Part shown: positions 28,832-39,761 of the stretch, one piece after another | How positions within the stretch are numbered: the stretch's first letter is position 1 | How the letters are laid out: each line of letters starts with the position of its first letter | Program-made: the position numbers and the translations under genes | Source of the DNA: Armatimonadota bacterium | GTDB lineage: Bacteria; Armatimonadota; UBA5829 | Assembly: GCA_012522575.1 (NCBI GenBank) | Contig: JAAYKE010000049.1 | Span: 2,445-66,444 of the forward strand | Reading direction: 5' to 3' | DNA: 64,000 bases | Notes under the pieces: model-generated | Seen by the model: only the letters and a program-made list of their open reading frames with translations | Told to the model about the DNA's origin: nothing | Database searches by the model: none

Positions 28832-29578
28832 TTAGCCGTGATCATGCTTTGATTTGGCAATTCTGGAAAATGGTCTTGGGAATTGCGGCGGGGTTGGACT
28901 ATGCTTTCGCACCACAACCAGCCGACGCACGATATTCTCCTTCGGTATGGTTATCTGCCTGACCTTCTCTATTGAACCTCCGAGTTGACCGATGAGCGGC
29001 CTTGCGGCGTCGACCTCGTTTGCGGATGCGTCGCTTTTCTGCGCGATGAAAACGCCGCCTACTTTAACCAAAGGCAGACAAAACTCGACAAGTATGGTCA
29101 TATCGGCCAAAGCGCGAGCGATCGCGATATCGTAAGCCTCTCTATGATCGGAATCTCGACCGGCGTCCTCTGCGCGCGCGTGGACTGTGCGTGCTCCGCT
29201 AAGCTCAAGCTCGGAAATCGCGTCTTCTATAAACTTGAGCTTTTTGGCCGATGAATCCATCAGCGTCATATCGAGATCCGGACGGGCGATTTTCATCGGT
29301 ATGCCGGGGAAACCCGCTCCGGCTCCGACATCAATCACCCTGACTCCCTGTTTAATGTTGATAGCGGCCAGGCATGTGAGCGAATCGAGATAGTGGCCGG
29401 TGACGATCTGGTCGGGCTGGGTTATGCGCGTCAGGTTAAGGGTCCTGTTTGTATCCACAAGCAGACGCGCGAAACAATCGAATTGGCCGATTTGATCGTC
29501 ATTGAGGCTGATGTCCAGTTCCTCGGCCCCTGTGCGAAGTAGTTCCACAGGTAAGAATGCGCTATCGGATTTACTCAC
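28832..29578 (-). CDS. rsmG: 16S rRNA (guanine527-N7)-methyltransferase
   Basis: '[19 protein letters not shown]' and the SAM motif '[21 protein letters not shown]'; a GTG start overlaps the mnmG stop ('gatGTGagTAA'); the ORF-track start at 29671 is likely too far upstream. Confidence 0.8.
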   Translation of the reverse strand: MSKSDSAFLPVELLRTGAEELDISLNDDQIGQFDCFARLLVDTNRTLNLTRITQPDQIVTGHYLDSLTCLAAINIKQGVRVIDVGAGAGFPGIPMKIARPDLDMTLMDSSAKKLKFIEDAISELELSGARTVHARAEDAGRDSDHREAYDIAIARALADMTILVEFCLPLVKVGGVFIAQKSDASANEVDAARPLIGQLGGSIEKVRQITIPKENIVRRLVVVRKHSPTPPQFPRPFSRIAKSKHDHG

Positions 29579-31448
29579 ATCCGCCCTCTTGTCTGCTGGT
29601 GTTGGATATCGTGACGGCGAGTATGGCGACATCGGCTGGGGTGACGCCGGGCACTCGTGAAGCCTGGCCAAGGGTGGCGGGACGAACCTTTGCGAGTTTT
29701 TCGGCCCCTTCTCGTGAGAGCGCTCTGATTGCGGGGTAGTCGATGGATTCAGGGATGGATTTCTCCTCCATCTTCCTGGCCTGCCGCACCTGCGTCTCCT
29801 GTCGTTCTATATAACCCATATATTTGACGCTAATCTCTACTTGCTCGGCAACATCGGGAGGCGTATCGCCGTTTGGAGCGGCCTTCGCAATATCGCTGTA
29901 TTCGATATCCGGCCTGCGCAATATCTCCTCCAACGAGATGCTTCTGCCGCTGATAGTGATGCCGAGCGAGTCGATCGCTTCTTTATCGGACGGACGCAGG
30001 AAGGTATTGGCCAGGCGGATATGCTCCTTTTCTACAAGCGTCTGCTTGGTCTGAAAGCGTTCCCAACGCTCGTCCGATACCAGTCCGACCTCCCGGCCAA
30101 TCGGAGTCAGCCGCTGGTCTGCATTGTCCTGCCGCAGAAGAAGTCTATATTCCGCCCTGGATGTCAAGAGTCGATACGGGTCGCTGACGCCCTTGGTGAC
30201 GAGATCGTCAACGAGCACCCCTATATAACCCTGGTCGCGTCGAATCACTACCGGCTGGCCGCCTCGAATTAGTTGCGCTGCGTTTATCGCAGCCATAATC
30301 CCCTGCGCGGCGGCCTCCTCGTAACCGGATGTACCGTTGATCTGCCCTGCAAAAAAGAGTCCATCGACGAGCTTGGTTTCCAGGGTAGGCTTAAGCTGAG
30401 TCGGAGGAGAAAAATCGTATTCGATTGCATAGCCCGGACGAATCACACGGCATTGTTCGAGGCCGGCAATTGTGCGCAGAGCTTCTATTTGCACGTCCTC
30501 CGGCAGGCTCGTTGACATTCCCTGAACGTAGATTTCGTCGGTGTTCCAGCCCTCCTGTTCGAGGAATATCTGGTGGCGGAGCTTGTCCGGGAACTTGACG
30601 AGCTTATCCTCTATTGAAGGGCAATATCTCGGCCCGACTCCTTCTATTCTGCCGCCATACATAGCGGAACGGTCGAGGTTGCGTATTATAATGTCGCGAG
30701 TGCGGTCGTTTGTATAGGTAAGAAAACACGGAAGCTGGTTTTCGGCGTTTTGATAAGGCTCGGTCCGCATAAAGGAGAACGGGACGGAGTCAGGCTCGGA
30801 GTCCTGTCTTTCGCACTGTGAATAGTCGACGCTTTTTTTGTCTATTCGGGCAGTAGTTCCGGTTTTGAGTCGACCCAACTCGAAGCCGAGGTTGCGCAGA
30901 CCCTCGGACAGGTTGTGCGCGGCGAACTCCCCTGCCCTGCCCGCCGATATCTGAGTCTCTCCAATATGAATCAAGCCGTTTAGAAACGTGCCGGTGGTTA
31001 CTATCACGCACTGCGCGGCATATTTCAGGCCGGTTTGAGTGGCAACAATCAGCCTCGATGGAGCATGCTGTTTGATATCGTCAACCATTGCCTGCTTGAT
31101 GTCGAGGTTAGGCTGCGCCATCAAAACCCGGCGCAGGTAGTCCTCATAGAGTCGTTTATCGACCTGCGCGCGCAAGGCTCGCACGGCAGGGCCTTTGCCG
31201 GTGTTGAGCATACGGACGTGCGTCAGGGTGGCATCGGTGGCAAGGGCCTGCTCCCCTCCGATGGCGTCTATCTCACGCACCAGATTGCCCTTCGCAGGAC
31301 CTCCGAGGCTGCAGTTGCAGGCCATGTGGCCGACTGTATCCATATTAATAGTCAAAAGCAGGGTTTCCAGCCCCATTCGAGCCGACGCCAGCGCTGCTTC
31401 ACAGCCCGCGTGCCCTGCCCCGACAACTATGACTTGATAGGTTTGCAT
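29571..31448 (-). CDS. mnmG: tRNA uridine 5-carboxymethylaminomethyl modification enzyme
   Basis: '[23 protein letters not shown]' FAD fold; 625 aa is typical of GidA; the conserved mnmG-rsmG order holds. Confidence 0.9.
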   Translation of the reverse strand: MQTYQVIVVGAGHAGCEAALASARMGLETLLLTINMDTVGHMACNCSLGGPAKGNLVREIDAIGGEQALATDATLTHVRMLNTGKGPAVRALRAQVDKRLYEDYLRRVLMAQPNLDIKQAMVDDIKQHAPSRLIVATQTGLKYAAQCVIVTTGTFLNGLIHIGETQISAGRAGEFAAHNLSEGLRNLGFELGRLKTGTTARIDKKSVDYSQCERQDSEPDSVPFSFMRTEPYQNAENQLPCFLTYTNDRTRDIIIRNLDRSAMYGGRIEGVGPRYCPSIEDKLVKFPDKLRHQIFLEQEGWNTDEIYVQGMSTSLPEDVQIEALRTIAGLEQCRVIRPGYAIEYDFSPPTQLKPTLETKLVDGLFFAGQINGTSGYEEAAAQGIMAAINAAQLIRGGQPVVIRRDQGYIGVLVDDLVTKGVSDPYRLLTSRAEYRLLLRQDNADQRLTPIGREVGLVSDERWERFQTKQTLVEKEHIRLANTFLRPSDKEAIDSLGITISGRSISLEEILRRPDIEYSDIAKAAPNGDTPPDVAEQVEISVKYMGYIERQETQVRQARKMEEKSIPESIDYPAIRALSREGAEKLAKVRPATLGQASRVPGVTPADVAILAVTISNTSRQEGGCE

Positions 31449-31501
31449 AACTATTTTATTATAGCAGGTTTGCGATTCCCCATATCAGAGCATTCTGTCT
31501 C

Positions 31502-31694
31502 GTAACAACTCACTCTTTATGAGTAGTTGTATTGGCTGGCCTCTGTCTCAGCCACACAAACTATGTCATTTCGAACGAAGTGAGAAATCTGATTTTATGT
31601 AAATCGCGAAAGCTCGAAAGAAGCGAAACCCGGAAAAGAGAAGGGAAAAAGCAGATTCCTCGGCATTCGCCTCGGAATGACAATGAGCTGTTAC
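31502..31694. repeat. MITE-like repeat, short variant (copy B), inverted relative to copy A
   Basis: Starts 'GTAACAACTCACTCTT..' and ends '..GAATGACAATGAGCTGTTAC'; it lacks the internal ~85-bp 'GAATGATGAG...GGTTAGAGG' module; it lies directly upstream of the 1024-aa gene. Confidence 0.6.
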
Positions 31695-31741
31695 CCTGTC
31701 TCTTATTAGCCGTTCGGGTTATAATAGGACGATATAACTGT

Positions 31742-34606
31742 ATGGAGGCGATTGATTTGAACAATGTGAGCCTTATCGCGCTTGCTCTTCTGGTGCTGGG
31801 AACTGCGTCGGAGTGCTCCGCCAATGTATATGCATGTGACATGAAGTCGGGCAAGTTCAGCGTTAACTTCAATTGCGGAGGCAAAGGTCTCTCGGTGTGG
31901 TATGACGACGTCTGCGTCATTCGCGAATCGTCAATGTGGCTGCACAACCCTGGCTGGAACGTGCATTATTATGGCCTGCATCAGATGAGCGACAATATCG
32001 AGATGCGTGATATCGATGGCGGCAAAGAGGCCGTTGTCACCCATAAATCTGAGTTTTTTGATGGCACGCAGACGATAAGGGTCACCGCCGACAAAGTCAG
32101 CGTTGATTTCAAAAGCAAGCTGATAAAAGAAATTGAAGACGCGGATATGGAATACTGCTTCGGCAAGTTCTGTGCGGCTCCGATACTCGGCAGACCATAC
32201 ACAGGCGTCACGCACACAGGCAAAAATGAAAAGGGAGTTGTCCCTATTCGCGCTACCAGTCCGGATTCCTGGTCGCAACTACTCACATCCGAATCTTTCA
32301 ATAAACTCGAAATTGATACGCGGATTGGCAAGATGACGCTGGAGGTGAGCGGATACCCGAGTTCGTTGATGATGATGGACTATCGGTTGAACCAATACCA
32401 CGACATCGACGAGATTCCATATTTCTGGTGTGGAACGAATTGGCATTATGAATATGGCAGGGAATACGCCGGAAACGTCACTCTCACTATGCAGCCTCAC
32501 GCTAAAGCCGCCGCCCCTAAGCCCGTTTCGATTCCAGCCGCTTTGGTGTCGGACAAGAACCTGCGAAAGGCGCAATATGGGCCGGTGTATGTTATCCCGG
32601 AGCCGCAGGAGATGAAGCTGACACAGGAGGCGTTTCGACTGACTCCGAGCACGATGATCGTTGTTGCGGACTCGGCAAAGCGCGCTGATTTGCGCGGAGC
32701 TATGTCATTTGCCGAAGAAGTCAAGTTGCTGTATGGATTTCTGCCAAAAGTTGTGCGGGAGCGCGAGGCAGGCAAGAATCCGGCGATTCTGGTTGGTGAA
32801 GCGGCGTCCAATAAGCTGCTGGCTGCGCAAGCCGGCAAACGCGGTTTGGCCGCGCCGACCAAAGAGGAAGGCTATGCGCTGAGCGTGACTCCATCTCAGG
32901 CGCTGGTGCTTGGATATGACCAGCGCGGATCGTTTTATGGCATGCAAACCCTGAAGCAGCTTCTGGTGTCGGACGCCGGAGGGGCTGCGATTCACGGGTG
33001 CGAGATCAACGACTGGCCGAGCATGGCTTTCCGCGGGGTGCATTTGTTTACATCCAACGAGGCTCTGCCGTTTCATAAGAAACTCATCGACCGCATTCTG
33101 GCGCGTTATAAGATGAATAACATTATCCTTGAGGCGGAGTTTGTAAAATGGAAGGCCGACCCGGATATTGCGGTTTCCTGGGCGCAGGATCAGTCTGAGA
33201 TCAAAGAAGAGATCAAATATGCGAAGGATAATTTCATAGAAATCAATCCGCTGATGCAGTCCCTTGGGCATTGCGACTGGTTGTTTATGACTGGCAGAAA
33301 TCGCGATATCGCGGAGAACCCCGGCAAGCCGTATGCGTATTGCCCGACAAATCCTAGGACTTATCCGTATATCTTTAAGTTCTATGACGAGTTAATTGAG
33401 CTTTTTGATACCCCTAGATATGTGCATATCGGGCACGATGAGGTGTCGGAGACGTGGGGATTCCCGCTGGATGAGGAGTGCAAAAAGATCGGCGGCCAGC
33501 AGTTGTTTTTAGACGATACCCTCAAAGTATATAATCACATCACCAAACAGGGGCCAAAAGTGATGCTTTGGGGCGATATGCTGTTGTCTCGAGGAGACGG
33601 GCCGGATGCTACCCACGCGAAGGATGCGCAGACTGCGAAGTGGCTGAGGGATCAACTGCCAAAGGACATCGTGGTCACGGACTGGCATTATGCCGCGGCC
33701 AAACCCGAAGAATATAAGTCCCTGAAGCTGTTTATGGACGATGGGTTTGACGTGATCGCTTCGACGTGGGATACGCCGACCAACATCGAACAGTTTGCGC
33801 AGCAGGCCAAAAACGTGGGAGCTATGGGATTGCTGCAAACCACATGGGCGGGATTCAAAAGCGCGGAGAGCAACATTAAGGAGAACTTCAAACAGTTTTC
33901 CGCGTTTATTCTCGCCGCTGAGTATGCGTGGAACAGCGGCAAGACCGACCTGGATCACCTGCCATATAATCACGATGAGGAGTTTCGGCGGCAGTGGACT
34001 CCCAAGTCGATCGCGGCTGTTGATAAGTCCGGGTTTGCCATCGACCTTGCACAGGCATATAACGTGAGCCTTGCCGACAATGAGTCGCTGACAGGGTGGC
34101 TTGGGCTTGGCCCTCAACACGATATGTCGGCAGTGCCAAACGGGCCAACCCGATTCAGAGGGGACCTGTTTAAGCTGGCCGCCGATAACACAAAGCCGTC
34201 GGCAATTAAACTGGCCAGTTCCCTTGACGATAAAGCGATGCCTGAGAGCGTGAAGCTGAATGTCGGGCGAAAGGCGGAGTCGTTATTGTTCCTGCACACC
34301 TGCGCATGGCCGGATAAGAACAACCGCAAAGTCGGCTCATATAAGATCAATTACGCCGACGGATCATCTGAAGCCATCGACCTGCAGTATGGAGCGAACA
34401 TCGTATCCTGGCTGGATCAGCGCTCAATTGGCGGCGCGGAGAAGGTATGGGGCGGGCGCACGAAAGATGACCAGCGCGTGGCACTGTGGCAGTTGCAGTG
34501 GGATAACCCGCATCCGAATAAGAGCATTGAGTCCATTGAGTTCAATTCGACCCGCACGGAAGCCGGGCCGGTGTTGCTGGGGCTGAGCGCGTTGGAAGCT
34601 AAGTAG
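31742..34606 (+). CDS. Large secreted protein with a GH20-like (beta-hexosaminidase-like) TIM-barrel core
   Basis: Signal peptide 'MEAIDLNNVSLIALALLVLGTASECSA'; 'GVHLFTSNE...NNIILEAEF...HIGHDEV' resembles the GH20 catalytic region (the H.GGDE-like block); the C-terminal ~200 aa form a beta-rich domain; the ORF-track start at 31532 runs through repeat B and is rejected. Confidence 0.4.
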   Translation: MEAIDLNNVSLIALALLVLGTASECSANVYACDMKSGKFSVNFNCGGKGLSVWYDDVCVIRESSMWLHNPGWNVHYYGLHQMSDNIEMRDIDGGKEAVVTHKSEFFDGTQTIRVTADKVSVDFKSKLIKEIEDADMEYCFGKFCAAPILGRPYTGVTHTGKNEKGVVPIRATSPDSWSQLLTSESFNKLEIDTRIGKMTLEVSGYPSSLMMMDYRLNQYHDIDEIPYFWCGTNWHYEYGREYAGNVTLTMQPHAKAAAPKPVSIPAALVSDKNLRKAQYGPVYVIPEPQEMKLTQEAFRLTPSTMIVVADSAKRADLRGAMSFAEEVKLLYGFLPKVVREREAGKNPAILVGEAASNKLLAAQAGKRGLAAPTKEEGYALSVTPSQALVLGYDQRGSFYGMQTLKQLLVSDAGGAAIHGCEINDWPSMAFRGVHLFTSNEALPFHKKLIDRILARYKMNNIILEAEFVKWKADPDIAVSWAQDQSEIKEEIKYAKDNFIEINPLMQSLGHCDWLFMTGRNRDIAENPGKPYAYCPTNPRTYPYIFKFYDELIELFDTPRYVHIGHDEVSETWGFPLDEECKKIGGQQLFLDDTLKVYNHITKQGPKVMLWGDMLLSRGDGPDATHAKDAQTAKWLRDQLPKDIVVTDWHYAAAKPEEYKSLKLFMDDGFDVIASTWDTPTNIEQFAQQAKNVGAMGLLQTTWAGFKSAESNIKENFKQFSAFILAAEYAWNSGKTDLDHLPYNHDEEFRRQWTPKSIAAVDKSGFAIDLAQAYNVSLADNESLTGWLGLGPQHDMSAVPNGPTRFRGDLFKLAADNTKPSAIKLASSLDDKAMPESVKLNVGRKAESLLFLHTCAWPDKNNRKVGSYKINYADGSSEAIDLQYGANIVSWLDQRSIGGAEKVWGGRTKDDQRVALWQLQWDNPHPNKSIESIEFNSTRTEAGPVLLGLSALEAK

Positions 34607-34611
34607 AGCGC

Positions 34612-34905
34612 AGCGAGACATCTGCTTTTCGTAAAACGCGAAAGCTCGAAAGAAGCGAAATGCAGAAAAGGGAAGGGAAAAAGCAGATTCCTCGGCATTC
34701 GCCTCGGAATGACAATTTAGTTGACACATCCAAGCGCAGTGGCTGGCCTCTGTACCCAGCCACACAAACTATGTCATTTCGAACGAAGTGAGAAGTCTGC
34801 TTTTTTCGAAGTCCGAGGTCAGATGTCCGATGTCCGATACGGGAAACCGCAAACCCTCTCAATAACCCTTCTAACCTCTAACTTCCAACCTCTAACCTCT
34901 AGATT
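34612..34905. repeat. MITE-like repeat, rearranged/degenerate copy (copy C)
   Basis: It contains the 'GCCTCGGAATGACAA', 'GGCTGGCCTCTG..CAGCCACACAAACTATGTCATTTCGAACGAAGTGAGAA' and 'CTAACCTCTAACTTCCAACCTCTAACC' modules of the family in permuted order; no clean TIRs. Confidence 0.5.
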
Positions 34906-35022
34906 CAACGGGCGGCTTTCTTGACCTCAAGTTGAGCATAGGGTTATAATGTGTTCGTTGAACAGAAGCGTAAGGCCCCTGGTTTAGACAGGGGCTTTAC
35001 GGTATGTACTGGGGGTGCAGAG

Positions 35023-35874
35023 GTGCGGGTTTTAGTCACAGGCGCGTGCGGTATGCTGGGGTCGCTGGTGTGCCGTTCGCTGGAGGGCAGCCACACAGTT
35101 GTCCCGACCGATATTGCGGATGGATGCGAGCGGCTGGATGTGGCTGATACTGGGGCTGTGTTTGATATTATCAGCCGGGTTCACCCTCAGACAGTCATCC
35201 ACTGCGCCGCAATGACCGACGTCGATGGCTGTGAGCGCGCTCCCGATGCGGCCCATAAAATCAACGCTATCGGAGCCTGGAACCTGGCCTGTGCGTGCGC
35301 TTCCATTAACTGCGCTATCATATATGTCAGCACGGATTATGTATTTGACGGAGAAAAAGGGGAGCCTTACACCGAGTTCGATTCCCCAAACCCTCAGGGA
35401 GCATACGGAGCAAGCAAGCTGGCAGGCGAACAGGCGATTGAGCAGATATGCCGCAAACATCATATCGTTCGCACTTCGTGGCTGTTTGCGCCACACGGAA
35501 AAAACTTTGCCCTGAGCATATTGAATGCGGCTGAGACAAAATCGGAACTGCGGGTGGTGGCGGATCAGGTGGGTTCGCCGACTTATGCGAGGGATTTGTC
35601 CGAATATCTCGCGTCGCTGGTCGGCTCGCAGTTGTATGGCACATATCATTTCACGAACTCCGGAAGCTGTTCGTGGTACGAATTTGCCAGGGAGATTTTG
35701 AACGCTGCCGGCAAAACCGAGGTAAAAGTAGAGCCTATTACGTCTGAGCAGTGGCCTACTCCCACGAAAAGGCCGAAGTATTCGGTGCTGCGGCGCTACA
35801 GGATGGAGCTTCTCGGACGTGACGACACGCGGTCGTGGCAAAGCGCGGTCGCTGAATTTGCCGCTGCGCTGTAA
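35023..35874 (+). CDS. rfbD: dTDP-4-dehydrorhamnose reductase
   Basis: '(M)RVLVTGACGMLGS' Rossmann start, 'YGASKLAGE' catalytic YxxxK; GTG start at 35023 with 'GGGGG' upstream (the ORF-track start at 34951 is probably too long). Confidence 0.75.
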   Translation: MRVLVTGACGMLGSLVCRSLEGSHTVVPTDIADGCERLDVADTGAVFDIISRVHPQTVIHCAAMTDVDGCERAPDAAHKINAIGAWNLACACASINCAIIYVSTDYVFDGEKGEPYTEFDSPNPQGAYGASKLAGEQAIEQICRKHHIVRTSWLFAPHGKNFALSILNAAETKSELRVVADQVGSPTYARDLSEYLASLVGSQLYGTYHFTNSGSCSWYEFAREILNAAGKTEVKVEPITSEQWPTPTKRPKYSVLRRYRMELLGRDDTRSWQSAVAEFAAAL

Positions 35875-35924
35875 AATAAATTCGGAAACATATTGCATTT
35901 TGAACGATTTGGAGCACCTGTTGG

Positions 35925-38678
35925 ATGGACTATAGCAAAACCGTAAACCTGCCCAGGACGGACTTCCCGATGAAGGCAAACCTGCCGAACAGGGAGCCGG
36001 AATTCCATAAATACTGGGAAGAGCACGAGATTTATAACAAGATATCCCAACGCGACGACGCCAAAGGGACGTTTGTATTCCACGATGGCCCGCCCTATTC
36101 TAACGGCGATATTCACATGGGACATGCGCTCAATAAGTCCCTTAAGGATTTCATTGCGCGTTATAAGGCGATGACCGGCTATCGAGTGCCGTATATCCCC
36201 GGCTGGGATAATCACGGGCTGCCCATCGAACAGAAAGTGGCCGAGGAGTTCCGCAAGAAGAAGCAGAATCCGAGCAAGCTGGAACTGCGTAAAGCGTGCC
36301 GCATCTATGCCGAAAAATGGGTCGGAATCCAGCGTGAGCAGCTCAAAAGGCTGGGGCTTCTCAGCGATTGGGATCACCCATATCTCACCATGAGCCGCGA
36401 ATATGAGGCCACAATCATCAAAGTGTTTGGCGAGATGATGGAGAAGGGCTATATCTACCGCGGGCTTCGGCCAATTTACTGGTGCACCAACGACGAAACC
36501 GCGCTTGCCGAAGCGGAGATCGAATATGCCGACCATACCTCGCATTCGATATTCGTTCGCTTCCCGCTAGTGTGTGACCCAAATGGCATATTCGAGCGCA
36601 AAGAAAACGCTTATACGATAATCTGGACGACGACTCCTTGGACCATCCCGGCCAACCTGGCGGTTGCGGTTCACCCGGACTATGAATATGCCGTTGTGGA
36701 TGTCGCAGGGGATCGTTATCTTATAGCAGCCGAGCTTGTCAGTCGGACGATGGAAGCCGCCGAGGTGGCCGAATATTGCGTCGTCAAGACCGTCAAGGGC
36801 AGCGAACTTGAAGGGCTGGTGTTTAAGCACCCTATTTATGATCGTGAATCCGTGCTGACCCACGCCAACTATGTCACGCTGGAAGATGGAACCGGCATTG
36901 TTCATACCGCGCCGGGACATGGCCGCGAAGACTTTGAGACCGGCAAAAAGTATGGATTGGAAGCGCTGAACCCGGTTGATGAGCGGGGCTACTTCACCGA
37001 GGCCGCCGGACAGTTCGAAGGGCTTCACATTACCAGGCAGGGCAATCAGGCGGTTATCGACGCGATGCGAGAAAACGGCTCTCTGATGGCCGAAAGCAGC
37101 ATAACCCACAGCTACCCGCACTGCTGGAGGTGTCATAAGCCGGTAATATTCCGAGCGACTGAGCAGTGGTTCGTGAGCATCGACCACGACGATTTGCGAA
37201 AGCGCATTCTTAATGAGATCGAATCATCGGTGAGGTGTTTCCCGAAGGAGGGTCGCAATCGACTGTATGCGATGATCGAAAGTTCTCCGGACTGGTGCTT
37301 GTCCAGACAGCGGTCGTGGGGAGTGGCGATCCCGGTGTTGTTCTGTGACGCCTGCCGCGAACCGGTGTTGAGCAAGGATGTCATTGATCTTGTCTATGCG
37401 GATGCGCTGGAAAACGGGTCGGACTCGTGGTTCGAGAAAGATGCCTCGGAGTTTGTGCCGGCAGGGTTCAAATGCGCAGTCTGCGGATGCGAAACATTCG
37501 TCAAAGAAGAGGATGTCCTGGATGTGTGGTTCGATTCCGGGTCGAGCTGCAGAGCCGTGACTGAGCGCCTATATGGTGACTTTGTAGCGGATGTATATCT
37601 GGAAGGCTCAGACCAGCACAGGGGCTGGTTCAACAAGTCGATCATAGTCGGGACCGCAACGAAGGGCGCGTCTCCGTTCAAGGATCTGGTCACACACGGC
37701 TATGTGCTGGACGCCGAAGGCAAGAAGATGAGCAAGTCCGGCGGCAATACGATTGCTCCAAAGGAAGTAACCAAGCATTTCGGCGCGGATATTCTCAGAT
37801 TGTATATCTCATCGCTGAACTATTTTGAGGATGTGCGGTTTGGACAGGAGATGTTCACCCGTGCGGTGGACGCATACAGGCGCATCCGCAACACGTTCAG
37901 GTTCATTCTGGGCAATTTGTCTGACTTTGACCCGGATAACGACGCCGTTGATTATGCGGATATGCCTGAGATCGATAAATTCGCTCTGCATCGGCTTGCC
38001 GAGTTCACCGCCGAAGTGACAAAGGCTTATGAAGTCTATGAGTTTCATAAGGTCTACCATGCGGTGCACAATTACTGCGCGGTGGATTTGAGCGGGTTCT
38101 ATCTGGATGTGCTCAAGGACAGGCTCTATGCATCCGCGGCGGACTCCGATGAGCGTCGCTGTGCTCAGAGCGCTTTGTATCATATATTATCCGTTCTGAC
38201 GCGGGTTGTGGCTCCCGTGCTGGTGCATACATCCGAAGAGGCCTGGCTGGCTATGCCGGGTGAATCCAAAGCGGAGTCGGTGCATCTGGCTCCGTTCGCT
38301 GAGGCGGACTCACGGTGGATCGATTCCGAGCTTGCCGGGCGATGGGGACGCATACTCGAAGTGCGCGACCGTGTGCTGGCGGCTTTGGAAGAAGCAAGGC
38401 AGTCCGGGGCCATAGGCAAGCCGCTGGAGTCCAGGATTATAGTCTCCGCAGAGGATGAACTGCTCGCGTTTTTGAAGGGATATGAGGGCATTCTTCCATC
38501 GGTCTTTATAGTATCACAGGTAGAGCTAAGGCAAGCCGATGAGTTGGCTGTCGAAGTGCAGGCTCCTGCGGGCGCAAAGTGCGCGAGGTGCTGGCTGGTG
38601 CTCGAATCAGTCGGCACAAACGAGGAACACCCGGAACTGTGCAGCCGGTGCGCAGAAGCAATAGCACACTCTCACTGA
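35925..38678 (+). CDS. ileS: Isoleucine--tRNA ligase (bacterial type 1 with a C-terminal zinc finger)
   Basis: 'PPYSNGDIHMGHALNK' (HIGH), 'KMSKSGGN' (KMSKS), C-terminal 'CARCW....CSRC'. Confidence 0.95.
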   Translation: MDYSKTVNLPRTDFPMKANLPNREPEFHKYWEEHEIYNKISQRDDAKGTFVFHDGPPYSNGDIHMGHALNKSLKDFIARYKAMTGYRVPYIPGWDNHGLPIEQKVAEEFRKKKQNPSKLELRKACRIYAEKWVGIQREQLKRLGLLSDWDHPYLTMSREYEATIIKVFGEMMEKGYIYRGLRPIYWCTNDETALAEAEIEYADHTSHSIFVRFPLVCDPNGIFERKENAYTIIWTTTPWTIPANLAVAVHPDYEYAVVDVAGDRYLIAAELVSRTMEAAEVAEYCVVKTVKGSELEGLVFKHPIYDRESVLTHANYVTLEDGTGIVHTAPGHGREDFETGKKYGLEALNPVDERGYFTEAAGQFEGLHITRQGNQAVIDAMRENGSLMAESSITHSYPHCWRCHKPVIFRATEQWFVSIDHDDLRKRILNEIESSVRCFPKEGRNRLYAMIESSPDWCLSRQRSWGVAIPVLFCDACREPVLSKDVIDLVYADALENGSDSWFEKDASEFVPAGFKCAVCGCETFVKEEDVLDVWFDSGSSCRAVTERLYGDFVADVYLEGSDQHRGWFNKSIIVGTATKGASPFKDLVTHGYVLDAEGKKMSKSGGNTIAPKEVTKHFGADILRLYISSLNYFEDVRFGQEMFTRAVDAYRRIRNTFRFILGNLSDFDPDNDAVDYADMPEIDKFALHRLAEFTAEVTKAYEVYEFHKVYHAVHNYCAVDLSGFYLDVLKDRLYASAADSDERRCAQSALYHILSVLTRVVAPVLVHTSEEAWLAMPGESKAESVHLAPFAEADSRWIDSELAGRWGRILEVRDRVLAALEEARQSGAIGKPLESRIIVSAEDELLAFLKGYEGILPSVFIVSQVELRQADELAVEVQAPAGAKCARCWLVLESVGTNEEHPELCSRCAEAIAHSH

Positions 38679-38761
38679 GTGCAATCCGGACATATTCACG
38701 CGCTAAATATAACCGCAAGCCGGGATAAATTGGTCAATGAAATGATTGGAGCCTGAACAGC

Positions 38762-39277
38762 TTGGATCGAAAAAATACGATATTGTTCTATTCGACGGCA
38801 GCGGATGTGGCGGTTATAGATCAGTTGACCAAGTATCTGGCGCGGCAGAACCTCGCGTCCGGCAAGCCTGTGGAGGTGATCGCGGGTCTGCTTGACCTCC
38901 CCCTCAACTTCAACACGGGGGCTGCGTTCGGTCTGCTGCCGGATTGGGCGCCGCTGCTCATAATCATGGCCCTTGTGGCGATATTCATAATCGTAAAACT
39001 GCGCGGCGTTGGCGGCGGTTCTTTGCCTGTTTCGATTGGCCTTGGCCTGCTGCTGGGCGGTGCGATTGGCAACCTCATCGACCGCATCGCATTCCCCGCT
39101 CGCGGCGTGACCGATTTTATCGATATCCACATATTTGTTAAAGGTCAGACGCACGCCTGGCCTACTTTCAATATCGCGGATGTCGGGATAGTGGTCGGCG
39201 CGATTCTGGTTTTGTTTCACGTATATATCCTCGAAAGGATGAGAATGGATGATGGAGACACAGAGGCCGCAGATTGA
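38762..39277 (+). CDS. lspA: Lipoprotein signal peptidase (signal peptidase II)
   Basis: 'NFNTGAAFGLL', 'GNLIDR', 'FNIADVGIVVG' conserved blocks; conserved position downstream of ileS. Confidence 0.85.
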   Translation: MDRKNTILFYSTAADVAVIDQLTKYLARQNLASGKPVEVIAGLLDLPLNFNTGAAFGLLPDWAPLLIIMALVAIFIIVKLRGVGGGSLPVSIGLGLLLGGAIGNLIDRIAFPARGVTDFIDIHIFVKGQTHAWPTFNIADVGIVVGAILVLFHVYILERMRMDDGDTEAAD

Positions 39278-39752
39278 GATAGAGCCGACACCGATTGATC
39301 GAGTGGTGGATACGCTGGCGATGATAGGGCTGTTGTATATGGTGGCGATAACCGTGATCTATTATCCGCAGCTTCCGGCGACCATTCCCACGCATTTCGA
39401 TCTTGCAGGCAAAGTCGACGGCTGGGGATCAAAGTTGACCCTGTCGTTTTTGCCTGTGATAAGCGCGGTCTTTTATTTCGCTTTATCTACGATCACCCGT
39501 TTTCCGCACATATATAACTATCCCGTGCCGATAACCGCGGAGAACGTCGAGAAGCAGTATCGAATCGGAATATCGATTATGCGATGGCTGAAGATGGAGT
39601 TCGTGTGCATTTTCGCATTTCTGACTCAGCAGATAATCGCTGCGGCTCAGGTGAAACATCTTTCGATGCAGCCGTGGGTTCCGATGTTGTTTGTGGCGGC
39701 GATACTGATTACATCGGCTGTGCATATAGTGTTGGCTTATCGCGCGAAGTAG
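39249..39752 (+). CDS. DUF1648 domain membrane protein
   Basis: 'IPTHFDLAGKVDGWGSK' is the DUF1648 signature; four predicted TM helices. Confidence 0.5.
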   Translation: MMETQRPQIEIEPTPIDRVVDTLAMIGLLYMVAITVIYYPQLPATIPTHFDLAGKVDGWGSKLTLSFLPVISAVFYFALSTITRFPHIYNYPVPITAENVEKQYRIGISIMRWLKMEFVCIFAFLTQQIIAAAQVKHLSMQPWVPMLFVAAILITSAVHIVLAYRAK

Positions 39753-39761
39753 TATTGTTTC

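Noticed and set aside
31532-31741. ORF-track 5' extension of the GH20-like gene (MAGLCLSHTNY...)
   Set aside because: The extension lies inside MITE-like repeat copy B. The real protein starts with a signal peptide at the Met at 31742.
35032-37187. Antisense ORFs 35032..35979, 35796..36545 and 36567..37187 opposite rfbD and ileS
   Set aside because: ileS and rfbD are unambiguous on the + strand. The antisense ORFs have no motif support.
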